Part shown: positions 1 through 8,950 of the stretch, in pieces
How the letters are laid out: each line of letters begins with the position of its first letter
Numbering within the stretch: position 1 is the first letter of the stretch
DNA from: Streptomyces phage BillNye
Length of the DNA stretch: 32,000 bases
Sequence record: NC_042105.1
Strand: one strand, 5' to 3'
Notes under the pieces: model-generated
What the model was told of the DNA's origin: nothing
The model's input: the letters and a program-made list of their open reading frames with translations, nothing else
Database searches by the model: none
Made by a program: the position numbers and the translations under genes

Positions 1-1263
1 GAGGACATGCGGTCCTTTACTGAGGAGACGTACGGAGAAATTCTGTACCAGGAGCAGGTTATGCTTGCCATGACCGAACTGGCTGGAATGTCGATGGCGA
101 CTGCCGATAAGGTCCGTAAGATTATCGGTAAGAAGAAGGACGTTACCGAGTTCGAGCAGTACCGTGCTGAGTTTGTTGAGGGTGCTAGCAAGAAGGTCTC
201 TCCGTCGATTGCCGAGAAGTTGTGGCATGACTTTGAGGCTCACGCCGGTTATTCGTTCAACAAGTCTCACGCTGTGGCATACTCGATGCTGTCTTACTGG
301 ACAGCTTTCCTCAAGCGGTACTACCCGCTGGAGTTCATGTACGCCACGCTCAAGAATGAGAACGACAAGGATGCTCGTACCGAGTACCTGATTGAGGCTA
401 AGCGTCTGGGCGTTTCGGTGAAGTTGCCGCACGTCAATTCGTCTGGTCTCGACTTCACCATTCAGGACAATGCAATTCGATTCGGTCTGTCGAATATCAA
501 GTTCATCTCCGATAACCTCGGAGGCAGGCTGATTGAGGCTCGTCCGTTCGAGAATTACGCGGCGCTGGTTGATAAGGTCATGGAGAAGGGCAACGGCCTT
601 TCGACTCGTGTCCTTGCGGCTCTAAACGCTGTAGGCGCGGCTACCTTCCCGGACAACCCGAAGCGAGGGGATGAAAGGAATAACTTCTACGAGTACCTAA
701 ACATCCCTGCGTTTGAGACTCCGGATATTCCTCCGGGCGTCAAGGCTCAGTTCCGCACGCTGGATGAGTTCGAGGAGTCCGGTTGCTTCGCAGTTCTCGG
801 AATGGTGAAGGGAATTAAGCGCGGTACCGGCTGGTCCCGGATTGAGGTTGTCGATGAGACCGGAACGGCGGGTATTTTCCACACGGAGAATACGCCTATC
901 GAGCCTGGGTCCATGTATGCTATGCTGGTAGCCGATAACCGGGTTGCTCGTTATGTCACGGTGGATGAGCTGACCAGGGGCAGCACGAATACGTTCGTCA
1001 AGCACCTGTTCACCAAGTCTTACCGGGACCTGACCGAGGGCTTTTACCGGGTGGTTTCTTTCCAGTCTCACAAGACGAAGGCTGGCAAGAATATGGCTTA
1101 TCTCGTCTTGAGCGATGCAGAGAAGAATCTGACTCGTGTCCTTGCATTCCCCCAGATGTTCCATAAGGCATATGGGTTCTGCAAGGAAGGCTCGACCGTT
1201 GAGGCCGAGTTTGGTCACACCGAGGACGGAACCGTGTTCCTGCGAGAAGTAATCGGTCGATGA
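1..1263 (+). CDS. dnaE: DNA polymerase III alpha subunit (DnaE type), C-terminal part; 5' end lies upstream of the window
   Basis: Frame open from window edge to TGA 1261-1263. Motifs AGYSFNKSHAVAYS and YYPLEFMYATL are typical of DnaE, followed by an OB-fold-like tail. Confidence 0.85.
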   Translation, partial: EDMRSFTEETYGEILYQEQVMLAMTELAGMSMATADKVRKIIGKKKDVTEFEQYRAEFVEGASKKVSPSIAEKLWHDFEAHAGYSFNKSHAVAYSMLSYWTAFLKRYYPLEFMYATLKNENDKDARTEYLIEAKRLGVSVKLPHVNSSGLDFTIQDNAIRFGLSNIKFISDNLGGRLIEARPFENYAALVDKVMEKGNGLSTRVLAALNAVGAATFPDNPKRGDERNNFYEYLNIPAFETPDIPPGVKAQFRTLDEFEESGCFAVLGMVKGIKRGTGWSRIEVVDETGTAGIFHTENTPIEPGSMYAMLVADNRVARYVTVDELTRGSTNTFVKHLFTKSYRDLTEGFYRVVSFQSHKTKAGKNMAYLVLSDAEKNLTRVLAFPQMFHKAYGFCKEGSTVEAEFGHTEDGTVFLREVIGR

Positions 1264-1268
1264 CCTGG

Positions 1269-1293
1269 CTGCCCCTTCGGGGGCAGCAAGCTT
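1269..1293 (+). repeat. GC hairpin + AAGCTT motif, copy 1
   Basis: CTGCCCC-TTCG-GGGGCAG then C-AAGCTT (1288-1293), 15 nt before ATG 1308. Confidence 0.6.
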
Positions 1294-1307
1294 ATCCAAG
1301 GAGGAAA

Positions 1308-1499
1308 ATGACAGAGCCAACACAGATTGACCTGGGACCGTTCCTGATGGCGGCAATTGATGAGGCGGGTGGCACTATTCGCATCCCCTACGACACCTTC
1401 CGCAATCAGAAGGCACCCAGAGCTATCGCATTCGACATTGAGGACGATGGAGCTACCATCGCCATGAGCATCGTTGAGGAGATTCCCGTTGAGGATTGA
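1308..1499 (+). CDS. hypothetical acidic protein, 63 aa
   Basis: ATG 1308 preceded by AAGGAGG. Track ORF 1260-1499 trimmed because its 5' part covers the upstream hairpin. Confidence 0.55.
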   Translation: MTEPTQIDLGPFLMAAIDEAGGTIRIPYDTFRNQKAPRAIAFDIEDDGATIAMSIVEEIPVED

Positions 1500-1926
1500 G
1501 TTCATTCGTCTGGAGAATGAAGCCCAGGCACCGCGCTACGCCCGCTACGGAGACGCTGGAGCGGATATTACAACGTGTCATAATTTCGTCCTGGCTCCTG
1601 GTGAGCGCGCAATTGTTGGCACGGGTATCGCAATTGCTCTGCCCGATGGCTACGCGGCCTTCGTGCACCCTCGTTCGGGTCTGGCGGCAAAGGCGGGGAT
1701 TTCCGTCGTAAATGCGCCGGGTACGATTGACTCTGGTTATCGTGGAGAGGTCAAGGTTATTCTGATTAACCTTGGCAGCCAGCCATATGAGTTCACGATT
1801 GGCGAGCGTATTGCTCAGCTCGTTATCCAGCGATACGAGATTGCCGAATTCGTTGAGGTCGATTACCTTGACGAAACCGAGCGAGGTTCTAACGGATTTG
1901 GCTCGACTGGAACGGTTACCGTATAG
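1489..1926 (+). CDS. dut: dUTP diphosphatase (trimeric dUTPase)
   Basis: Motifs GDAGADI, HPRSGLA, GTIDSGYRGEV, GERIAQLVI. TTG 1489 preceded by GAGGAG; alternative TTG 1474. Confidence 0.85.
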   Translation: MRIEFIRLENEAQAPRYARYGDAGADITTCHNFVLAPGERAIVGTGIAIALPDGYAAFVHPRSGLAAKAGISVVNAPGTIDSGYRGEVKVILINLGSQPYEFTIGERIAQLVIQRYEIAEFVEVDYLDETERGSNGFGSTGTVTV

Positions 1927-1938
1927 TATACTGAACAT

Positions 1939-2115
1939 ATGGTAAACGGATACTTCCTCCGGGGAGTCAACGAAGACCACATCCTGGTTTTTCGCTCTGA
2001 CGACCCGGAGGAACTTTTGCGTATTATTCAGCGGCTGTGCGCCAGTCGCGATAAACAAATGAAGGCGCTTGCCCAACAACTAGAACTGAATTGGTACGAA
2101 GGAGAAAAAAAGTAA
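1939..2115 (+). CDS. hypothetical protein, 58 aa
   Basis: ORF below the track cutoff fills the 1927-2115 gap. Its TAA abuts GTG 2116 of the next gene; no clear SD. Confidence 0.4.
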   Translation: MVNGYFLRGVNEDHILVFRSDDPEELLRIIQRLCASRDKQMKALAQQLELNWYEGEKK

Positions 2116-3141
2116 GTGGCTCTTGAGGATTTCCTGTCCAAGTTGGACCCGAAGACTGCGAAGCGACTCAAGACGGCTCAGCAGATTGAGCTTGTCAAGT
2201 TCCCTGTTGCTTCCTCTGGCCTGACTCACGCCCTCGGTGGCGGAATCGGTGCTGGACGTATTACCCTGGTTTATGGAAACACCAGCTCCGGTAAGTCGGT
2301 GCTGATGATGCAGACCATCGGTTTGCTCCAGAAGCAGGGCAAGGTATGTGCCTGGGTGGATGTCGAAGGTACATATGAGAAGAGTTTCGGTGCCAAGTTG
2401 GGTATCGACAACGACGAACTGATTCTGATTCAGAAGAAGTCGTTCGGTGGTATCACCGATGAGATTATGCCGCTGATTCGGGCGGGTATCGATATGGTGG
2501 TTATCGACTCTATTAGTGACGCTCTCCCCGAGGTCTTTGTTGACAAGGACGGAGAGGCTGTGGAGTTCGATAAGATGAAGCAGTTGGGTGCTCACGCCAA
2601 GTCTTGTACGATGATGGTGAATGCCATTCACTACGAGAATGACCGCACAGCGGTGGTGCTGATTTCCCAGACGACCACGAAGATTGAGCAGACCTACGTC
2701 AAGCAGGTTCCGCACGGTGGTCAGAAGGTTCCCTTCGCTTCTTCCCAGATTATCAAGTTGACCAGCTCTAACACTGAGGGTCAGCAGATTATGGGTAACT
2801 CCTACGTCGGAGACCTTGTGATTGAGGCTCCAATCGGACGTAAGGTTGAATACTACGTCGAGAAGAATAAGTTGGGACCACAGTCCCGCAAGGGCAAGTA
2901 CGACCTTTATTACGCCGGTGATTTCGTTGGAATCGACGCGGTTGGTGAAGTGGTCGATACTGCCGAGGCGTTCGGCATTGTGACAAAGAAGGGCGCATGG
3001 TACACTGTTGAAGAGAAGCAGTACCAGGGCCGTCCAAAGGTCATTGCCACACTCCGCGAGGATGAGGCGCTGCTGAATACACTCAAGGGAAGGATTTCGC
3101 TCGTCCTAACAGGCGAGCTTCCGGAAACAGATGAAGTTTAG
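2116..3141 (+). CDS. RecA-like recombinase/ATPase
   Basis: Walker A GNTSSGKS, Walker B VVIDSIS. C-terminal GAWYTVEEKQYQGR resembles the RecA GSWYSY..GQG segment. Confidence 0.75.
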   Translation: MALEDFLSKLDPKTAKRLKTAQQIELVKFPVASSGLTHALGGGIGAGRITLVYGNTSSGKSVLMMQTIGLLQKQGKVCAWVDVEGTYEKSFGAKLGIDNDELILIQKKSFGGITDEIMPLIRAGIDMVVIDSISDALPEVFVDKDGEAVEFDKMKQLGAHAKSCTMMVNAIHYENDRTAVVLISQTTTKIEQTYVKQVPHGGQKVPFASSQIIKLTSSNTEGQQIMGNSYVGDLVIEAPIGRKVEYYVEKNKLGPQSRKGKYDLYYAGDFVGIDAVGEVVDTAEAFGIVTKKGAWYTVEEKQYQGRPKVIATLREDEALLNTLKGRISLVLTGELPETDEV

Positions 3142-3325
3142 CGATTTCATCGCTCAGCAGCCTAAGCAGGATGAGGCACCCAAGGGAATTCCGATTGACG
3201 GAGCCTTTGGGTGCCAAACCTGTTTTGAGCACGTCGATGAAGCTGAATACTTTCAGGTCGAGAAGATTTTGAAGTGGAAGTGCTCCGAGGGGCACATCAG
3301 CTACATTGAGGACTTTCAGCTATGA
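3131..3325 (+). CDS. hypothetical small protein with Cys/His pairs, 64 aa
   Basis: ATG 3131 overlaps the upstream stop. CQTC...C..H pattern suggests a zinc ribbon. Confidence 0.5.
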   Translation: MKFSDFIAQQPKQDEAPKGIPIDGAFGCQTCFEHVDEAEYFQVEKILKWKCSEGHISYIEDFQL

Positions 3326-3651
3326 GCGAGGCAGACGAGATTAAGCGCGATGGCGCTACGCCCGTGAAGAATTCCGGGCGGTCGAAGGGAACAAACAAGG
3401 GTGACGCTATCCTTGAGCCGTTCCTTGTCGATTACAAGGAGTACAACAAGTCATTTGGTGTGACTCGGGAATTCTGGGCTAAGATTTCCACCGACGCTGT
3501 GAATAACGGTCGTCGGCAGCCAGCTCTCAAGCTGGTTATTCGGGATGACGTTGACCCAGAGTCCAGGACGCCAAAGACCCGGCTGTGGGTTATTGGTGAC
3601 ACGATGTTCCACGAGATGCTTGAGGCGTGGAGGGAAAAGTATGACGAGTGA
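3322..3651 (+). CDS. hypothetical protein, 109 aa
   Basis: ATGA overlap with the upstream gene (translational coupling). No domain recognised with confidence. Confidence 0.55.
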   Translation: MSEADEIKRDGATPVKNSGRSKGTNKGDAILEPFLVDYKEYNKSFGVTREFWAKISTDAVNNGRRQPALKLVIRDDVDPESRTPKTRLWVIGDTMFHEMLEAWREKYDE

Positions 3652-3814
3652 ATTCTTTCCATGCTGCAACCACTGCGAGTGTCCAATAGATGCCCGAGAG
3701 GGCCACGATGACACCTGCCGATATGGCTGTAACGACACTCAGGCTGGTATTATTACTACTCGTGCAATTGGCGCGGGTGGCTTGAAGCAGCCCGAGAAGA
3801 AGGGATTTAAGTGA
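3641..3814 (+). CDS. Cys-rich small protein, 57 aa
   Basis: ATG 3641 preceded by GGAGGG. CCNHCEC...C..GC pattern. Track ORF 3545-3814 trimmed to this start. Confidence 0.5.
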   Translation: MTSEFFPCCNHCECPIDAREGHDDTCRYGCNDTQAGIITTRAIGAGGLKQPEKKGFK

Positions 3815-4149
3815 GCGAGTACAATACGGAGCACCCATTGGAGACAATCTCCCGGATTACTGAGTTCAACGACCTGTCGGAGTTCATGCAGGACGAGCAC
3901 CTGGACAGGGCTCTGGACCTTGCGATTAAGTGTCTGGCGCAGCCGGATATTGCAGCGACCAAGGCTCCTAAGTTGATTGTTGAGCTACAGGCAATTTCGT
4001 TCAAGTTCGCTGTGAAGGCTGTCGAGTACGCGACCATCAAGAAGGACCGTGCTGGCACCGACAACAACCACAAGAAGAACATTTACTACAGCACCAAGGA
4101 AGCGCTTGACCGTCTCGTAGACGCTCTCAAGTACGCTGCGAGGGCCTGA
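3811..4149 (+). CDS. hypothetical protein, 112 aa
   Basis: GTG 3811 overlaps the upstream TGA. Codon usage looks like the neighbouring genes. Confidence 0.55.
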   Translation: MSEYNTEHPLETISRITEFNDLSEFMQDEHLDRALDLAIKCLAQPDIAATKAPKLIVELQAISFKFAVKAVEYATIKKDRAGTDNNHKKNIYYSTKEALDRLVDALKYAARA

Positions 4150-4304
4150 TGTTCGTAGCAGATTACGAATGTGACTGGTGGAAGGGGCTTATCGGCCCTT
4201 TCCCATCCAAGGAGGCTGCAAACGAATACTGCGAGAGCCTGAACGCTGACTGGTCATCCTGGCACGTCACTGAGCTGGTTCCTCCGGTGTACAGAGCGCA
4301 GTAG
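4149..4304 (+). CDS. hypothetical protein, 51 aa
   Basis: ATG 4149 shares one base with the upstream TGA (TGATG). ORF below the track cutoff fills the gap. Confidence 0.45.
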   Translation: MFVADYECDWWKGLIGPFPSKEAANEYCESLNADWSSWHVTELVPPVYRAQ

Positions 4305-4330
4305 AAAAGTCTGTGGGGAAATGATATAAT
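4302..4330 (+). promoter_or_regulatory. possible promoter upstream of the Cas4-like gene
   Basis: TAGAAA (4302-4307), 17-nt spacer, TATAAT (4325-4330). The -35 is weak. Confidence 0.35.
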
Positions 4331-4357
4331 GGGTACAAAAGAAAAGGATTAAAGAAC

Positions 4358-5140
4358 TTGTCACGAAATATTATCTCCGGCCTCAAGTTCCGTAAGCAGC
4401 CGGAAGGCTTTAATGCGATTGAGCTTGCGGACATGCTAGAGGCTGCGTATATGCAGCAGAAGCGTCCGGATAAGCATACCCAGAAGAAGACGTTTTCCCC
4501 CAGCACCATCGGTTATGGCCATGGAACCTGCCCTAGGTATTGGTTCCTGGCCTTTACTGGTGCTCCATTCGTGGAGTCCGTAGATGCTCTCGGCATCGCC
4601 AATATGGCGAACGGTACTCAGGCGCACGAGCGTATCGAAGCACTTTTCGATGCCTCGGGTATTCGCCTGGGCAACGAGATTGAGATTACGATGGTTGACC
4701 CGCCTATTCGCGGCTATGCTGACGTAGAAATCGATTGGAAGGGCGAGCCCGTTATTGGTGAGATTAAGACTACTCGCCAGGAAGCGTTCCTTGTCCGTGA
4801 AGCATCTGGTAAGCCAAGCGTTAATCACCTGTTCCAGATTCTCATTTATATGCGAGCCCGTCAGCGTAAGCTGGGTTTCTTGCTGTATGAGAACAAGAAT
4901 TCGCAGGAGTTCCTGGTTATCCCGATTGAGATGACCGAGAAGAACGCTGAGATTCTTGACAGTGCTCTTGAGTGGATGCGTACCGTCTATAAGTCGTACG
5001 AGGAGCAGACAGCTCCGGTGCGTCCATGGAAGAAGCAGGTCAAGGTTTGCCAGGGCTGTCCCGTAAAGGATTGGTGCTGGAGTGATGAATCTCCGGAGGG
5101 TGTCGAAGATATTCCTCGCATGGAGGTTCCAACGCTGTGA
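4358..5140 (+). CDS. Cas4/RecB-like PD-(D/E)xK exonuclease with Fe-S cysteines
   Basis: N-terminal Cys (GTCPRYW), D...EIK (IGEIKTT), QxxxY (QILIY) and C-terminal CQGCPVKDWC. TTG start with AAGGA upstream. Confidence 0.75.
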   Translation: MSRNIISGLKFRKQPEGFNAIELADMLEAAYMQQKRPDKHTQKKTFSPSTIGYGHGTCPRYWFLAFTGAPFVESVDALGIANMANGTQAHERIEALFDASGIRLGNEIEITMVDPPIRGYADVEIDWKGEPVIGEIKTTRQEAFLVREASGKPSVNHLFQILIYMRARQRKLGFLLYENKNSQEFLVIPIEMTEKNAEILDSALEWMRTVYKSYEEQTAPVRPWKKQVKVCQGCPVKDWCWSDESPEGVEDIPRMEVPTL

Positions 5141-5418
5141 GGATTTGCGCATACGCTGAATGTGGCCTTGAGTTTGAACCTAAGACACATAATCAGCGCT
5201 ACTGCTCTGACGATTGTTGCCGTCGTGCCACTAATGCTCGTCTCATGAAGCAGTATTATGAGAAGAAGGCGCGTCGGCAGGGTCGCATTCGCGTGTGCGC
5301 CACTTCTGGTTGTGACACCCGGCTATCCCGATATAATGACGGAAAGGTCTGCCAGAAGTGTGCTGCGGCTCGGGAGACTGAGCGGAGGCAGCAGTTGCTA
5401 AATATTGTGGGTCTATAA
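5137..5418 (+). CDS. zinc-finger protein, 93 aa
   Basis: GTGA overlap with the upstream gene. Repeated C..C / C...CC and C..C pairs, basic linker. Confidence 0.5.
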   Translation: MRICAYAECGLEFEPKTHNQRYCSDDCCRRATNARLMKQYYEKKARRQGRIRVCATSGCDTRLSRYNDGKVCQKCAAARETERRQQLLNIVGL

Positions 5419-5460
5419 GTGGGGCTAGGAGAACTAAAGAGGACTAAAGCCAGCAAGGTG

Positions 5461-5994
5461 ATGGGCATTGACTGCTCGACACAGGCGCTGGCTTTTACCA
5501 TCTTTTACAATCGCAGGCCGATTCACTGGGGCAAGATAAACTTCGAGGGCGCAGATGTCTTCGAGCGTCTTGCCGATGCAGCGGATAAGCTGCGGGCTGT
5601 GAAGGAAGAATTTGACGTAGACTACATCGCTTTTGAGGCTGCCATCATGGCTAAGGTGAAAAACCCGGATGTCACGATTAAGCTGGCGATGGTCTATGGT
5701 GCCTGTATCGCAGAGCTGATGCGTAAGAACGTCAAGGTTGTTACTGTCAAGCCTCTGGAGTGGCAGTCGTATATTGGAAACCCTAACTTCAAGTTGGCTG
5801 AGAAGAACGCCTTGAAGGCAGAGTTTCCGGGGAAGTCAGCTTCGTGGTACTCCACGAAGATTCGTTCGATTCGTAAGCAGCGAACGATGGACTTCTTCAA
5901 TAAGAAGTGGCCGCAGATGGCTCTGACGGATAATGATGTTGGAGACAGCGCGGGTATCGCATACTTCGCTTACCACACCTTGACCTCTAGGTAG
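5461..5994 (+). CDS. RuvC-like Holliday junction resolvase
   Basis: MGIDCS (first Asp), FEAAI (Glu), DNDVGDSAGIA (C-terminal acidic pair). ATG 5461 after AAGG; alternative GTG 5419. Confidence 0.6.
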   Translation: MGIDCSTQALAFTIFYNRRPIHWGKINFEGADVFERLADAADKLRAVKEEFDVDYIAFEAAIMAKVKNPDVTIKLAMVYGACIAELMRKNVKVVTVKPLEWQSYIGNPNFKLAEKNALKAEFPGKSASWYSTKIRSIRKQRTMDFFNKKWPQMALTDNDVGDSAGIAYFAYHTLTSR

Positions 5995-6011
5995 GTCGTG
6001 AGGTACCATGA

Positions 6012-6045
6012 GGGGACCGGGCAACTGGTCCCCTTAAGCTTTTTA
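6012..6045 (+). repeat. GC hairpin + AAGCTT motif, copy 2
   Basis: GGGGACC...GGTCCCC then TT-AAGCTT-TTT (6036-6041), 14 nt before ATG 6055. Confidence 0.6.
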
Positions 6046-6054
6046 GGAGGAGAT

Positions 6055-6561
6055 ATGATTGTTGTTGGCACAGGCCATCGACCAGAAAAGATTACCGACA
6101 GAGATTGGCTCCTGGAAAACATCGGCTATGTCTACGACCTGGCTGGAGCCGAGAAGGTAATTCAGGGCTGCGCAGCAGGAGCAGACCTCCTGTTTGCATA
6201 TGCAGCTCACAGTATGGGTATTCCTTACGTGGCTGCCAAGCCGTGGGAGAACCACAAGTCGAGAATGGGCGGGTCTTCTGGATTCAAGCATGACGATGCT
6301 GTCGTTTATGACCTGATGATTAAGCACGCGTCAGAGATTGTAAACGTCACCGGAGCTGTGGAGTATCCTGGACCGTGGGCCTATTTCAAGCGCAACGAAT
6401 GGATGGTTGACCAGATTACTCCCGAGACGGGAATTGTTCTGGCAGCCTGGGACGGAACCAAGAGCGGTACTCAGGCGACGGTTACTTATGCTCTGGACAA
6501 GGGCATTCGTGTATTCCAGCTTGACCCACTGAACAACAAGGTGGTGGGTTGGATTGAGTAA
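6055..6561 (+). CDS. SLOG/DprA-like Rossmann-fold protein (DUF2493-like)
   Basis: ATG 6055 after TAGGAGGA. GCAAGADLLFAYAA and WDGTKSGTQATVTYA resemble DprA/SLOG nucleotide-binding motifs. Confidence 0.5.
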   Translation: MIVVGTGHRPEKITDRDWLLENIGYVYDLAGAEKVIQGCAAGADLLFAYAAHSMGIPYVAAKPWENHKSRMGGSSGFKHDDAVVYDLMIKHASEIVNVTGAVEYPGPWAYFKRNEWMVDQITPETGIVLAAWDGTKSGTQATVTYALDKGIRVFQLDPLNNKVVGWIE

Positions 6562-6703
6562 ACTGTATAACTCCAAGGCATGGCTGCGTAAGCGCTACCT
6601 TGTGGACAAGAAGACTCCGCAGGAAATTGCGGACGAGTGTGGAGTTGCGATGATGACTATTTATCGTAAGCTCCAGGAGCAGGGACTCATCAAAAAGCGA
6701 TGA
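6554..6703 (+). CDS. small helix-turn-helix protein, 49 aa
   Basis: TTG 6554 overlaps the upstream stop and its TGA overlaps ATG 6700. TPQEIADECGVAMMTIYRKL looks like an HTH. Confidence 0.45.
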   Translation: MSKLYNSKAWLRKRYLVDKKTPQEIADECGVAMMTIYRKLQEQGLIKKR

Positions 6704-7326
6704 GATACACAATTTTTAGCGTGGATGATAGGCGCTCCCACTACACCACCAAGATTCGCAATAGCCTGGACTGGGAGCAGGTGGCCACCGAGTGTGTGGA
6801 CGGCCGGGTTAGAGAGCAGCTTGAGGCTGCACAGCAAAAGCATCCGTACCCAGTTAATTTCGATGCTAAGGTTGGTCACCTAGGAATTTGGTACACGGTG
6901 CTAAATTCTTTTGAGCACGCTCCACTGGTGACCTTCGAAGACGATGCTATGCTCGGTCCTGACTTTGTGATACACTTCGGTTGGCGAGTGGCAGAGCTGC
7001 CAGAGGACTTCGATTTCTTCTCGCTGTTCCTGCCCAGAGATAGTGACCACATGTATAATCCTTCCCTGTCATCTGGGAACTTTACATGTCGGACCTATCA
7101 GCGCTATGGTGGAGTCTCCATGTTCTACAGCAGGCAAGGCGTGGAGAAAATTCGCCGGTTGCTTGAGCGAGACGGCTTCACGGGACAGTATGATGACACC
7201 CTATACGCATACGCCAAGTCTGGTGAGCTGAACGGATACTGTTCCAAGCCGAATTGCTCCGACCTTGTTTATATCAGTGGGGTAGAACCCAGCATCGTTC
7301 AGGAGACAGAGAAGTATGACGGTTAG
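6700..7326 (+). CDS. glycosyltransferase family 25-like protein
   Basis: IFSVDDRR...VDG at the N-terminus and GHLGIWYTVLNSF..VTFEDDAML.PDF resemble the GT25 layout. Weak by-eye call. Confidence 0.4.
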   Translation: MRYTIFSVDDRRSHYTTKIRNSLDWEQVATECVDGRVREQLEAAQQKHPYPVNFDAKVGHLGIWYTVLNSFEHAPLVTFEDDAMLGPDFVIHFGWRVAELPEDFDFFSLFLPRDSDHMYNPSLSSGNFTCRTYQRYGGVSMFYSRQGVEKIRRLLERDGFTGQYDDTLYAYAKSGELNGYCSKPNCSDLVYISGVEPSIVQETEKYDG

Positions 7327-7810
7327 AAATTTTGTATTTATCGACTGCGAGACCACGGGGCTTAACCCCAAGGAAGACAAGTTGGTCGAGCTGACTTATG
7401 CGACCAACGACAGCCATTTCCGGACGCTGTATTTTGGTGTTACCGAGGTTCCTCCGTTTATCGATGAGCTGACTAAGTTCACCGAGCGCGGGGTTGCTGA
7501 TGAGCCTCACGCAAGCCTTGCACAGATTAATGACTTCCTGGAGACGCTGGACGACCAGACGATGGTCTCGGCCAACCCCGCTTTCGACAAGGCGTTCCTG
7601 GAGGAGAATGGTCTGTGGAATGGCCACTACCGTGTGCTTGACATTGAGGCATACGCCATGGCAAAGTTGGGTCTCGACTTTGTTCCCAGCATGAAGAATA
7701 TCTACGACATGCTGACGGAGCGCGGCTATAAGCTGACGACTCCGGACCACTCTTCGTACAAGGACACCAAGGCTCTCCGTGAAGCCTTCAACATTCTGAG
7801 GTATATGTAA
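7316..7810 (+). CDS. DnaQ-like DEDDh 3'-5' exonuclease
   Basis: ExoI FIDCETTGL, ExoII ANPAFDKAFL, ExoIII HYRVLD. Confidence 0.7.
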   Translation: MTVRNFVFIDCETTGLNPKEDKLVELTYATNDSHFRTLYFGVTEVPPFIDELTKFTERGVADEPHASLAQINDFLETLDDQTMVSANPAFDKAFLEENGLWNGHYRVLDIEAYAMAKLGLDFVPSMKNIYDMLTERGYKLTTPDHSSYKDTKALREAFNILRYM

Positions 7811-7811
7811 A

Positions 7812-8366
7812 ATGAAGATTCTCGGCCTCGCAGGCTACGCAAGGTCCGGGAAGGATACGGCAGGAAACGCTCTCGAAGCAGATGGGTGGAAGCGAGTTGC
7901 TTTTGCTGATGTGCTTCGAGAGTTTGCCTATACCCTGAACCCGGTTATTCAGAGCGAGCACGGTTTTTACACTCCTCTCCAGTGGGTCATTGATGAGTAC
8001 GGCTGGAACGGCTACAAGCGTACTCAGTGGGCAGAAGGCGTCCGCGACCTCCTCCAGCGGCTCGGTACCGAATGCGGACGTGAGCTTATTTCCCAGAACA
8101 TCTGGGTGGACGCCACGTTTAATCGCATGGACCCTAATTTCAACTACGTCATCTCAGACATGCGCTTCCCGAACGAGGCGTCTGCTATCCTGGCTCGTGG
8201 TGGACATCTGCTGCGTATCGAGCGACCGGGTGTTGGGCCAGCCAATGGCCATAAGTCTGAGACTGCCCTGGACGACTGGGACCTTGACGTTATCCTCAAT
8301 GACAGAACGCAGGGACAATTTGAGGTCGAGGTCCGACAGTATGTCGCCAAGTACATTTCTAGTTGA
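7812..8366 (+). CDS. deoxynucleoside monophosphate kinase (T4 gp1-like)
   Basis: P-loop GYARSGKDT; LLQRLGTECGR, DMRFPNE, RPG...H.SE match the T4 gp1 layout. Confidence 0.75.
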   Translation: MKILGLAGYARSGKDTAGNALEADGWKRVAFADVLREFAYTLNPVIQSEHGFYTPLQWVIDEYGWNGYKRTQWAEGVRDLLQRLGTECGRELISQNIWVDATFNRMDPNFNYVISDMRFPNEASAILARGGHLLRIERPGVGPANGHKSETALDDWDLDVILNDRTQGQFEVEVRQYVAKYISS

Positions 8367-8391
8367 CTAGAAATAAATGGTGTTGTACAAT
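8363..8391 (+). promoter_or_regulatory. sigma70-like promoter
   Basis: TTGACT (8363-8368), 17-nt spacer, TACAAT (8386-8391). Confidence 0.55.
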
Positions 8392-8411
8392 TAGTTTTAG
8401 AAAGGGTTTTA

Positions 8412-8585
8412 ATGCCACTTTACACGTATTACTGCCAGGCTGAGGACAAGGGTCTGGAGAAGAATGCTCCTATCGCACAGCGGGATAACCAGTGGTGCGA
8501 GGAGTGCGGGAATCGCCTCATCCGAGCTATTGACGCTCCGGGCGGGGTCTATGCTCCTACTTCTGGAAAGGGCCTTGCGGTCTAA
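8412..8585 (+). CDS. FmdB-like zinc-ribbon protein (first knuckle degenerate), 57 aa
   Basis: MPLYTYYC...WCEECG..LIRAIDAP...GKG resembles the FmdB family. AAAGGG SD; stop overlaps the next ATG. Confidence 0.45.
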   Translation: MPLYTYYCQAEDKGLEKNAPIAQRDNQWCEECGNRLIRAIDAPGGVYAPTSGKGLAV

Positions 8586-8896
8586 TGCCTCCTCGTCAAA
8601 AGAATAAGATGGGCTCCAATCCGAATGCCTGGTGGGAGAATGCCTACCAGTCTCATCCGGATATTGTGGCCGAGTTCGAGTACCAGTTTGGGAATGACAC
8701 GCTTGTTCCCGGAACCAAGTTTCGAATCAAGTACATGCGCGGTGAATTCAAGTTCCGCTGCTTTGCGAGGAACACTCGTACGGGGGCTGAGTGGATTGAC
8801 TGCCTGGAGGGAGATGCGGCTTTCCGTTCCTTCCGGGTAGACCGCATTCAGCGTGTAGTCAAGCCGAAGCGGCCACGCCGAAAGAAGGCTTCTTAA
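8585..8896 (+). CDS. hypothetical protein with basic C-terminus, 103 aa
   Basis: ATG overlaps the upstream TAA. Followed by the 8905-8930 hairpin. Confidence 0.55.
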   Translation: MPPRQKNKMGSNPNAWWENAYQSHPDIVAEFEYQFGNDTLVPGTKFRIKYMRGEFKFRCFARNTRTGAEWIDCLEGDAAFRSFRVDRIQRVVKPKRPRRKKAS

Positions 8897-8904
8897 ATTG
8901 TGTG

Positions 8905-8930
8905 GGACCGGCTCAGAAATGGGCCGGTCC
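8905..8930 (+). terminator. GC-rich hairpin upstream of the putative terS
   Basis: GGACCGGC / GCCGGTCC 8-bp stem. No U-tract. Confidence 0.35.
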
Positions 8931-8950
8931 TATGCGGGAAGACAAAAGCT

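Noticed and set aside
697-8356. Numerous minus-strand ORFs of 60-240 aa in the replication module (for example 697-1356, 1453-2079, 2080-2715, 4436-5152, 7274-7750)
   Set aside because: Each lies entirely antisense to a plus-strand gene with clear domain motifs or translational coupling. No SD or promoter context was seen, and the composition is low-complexity.
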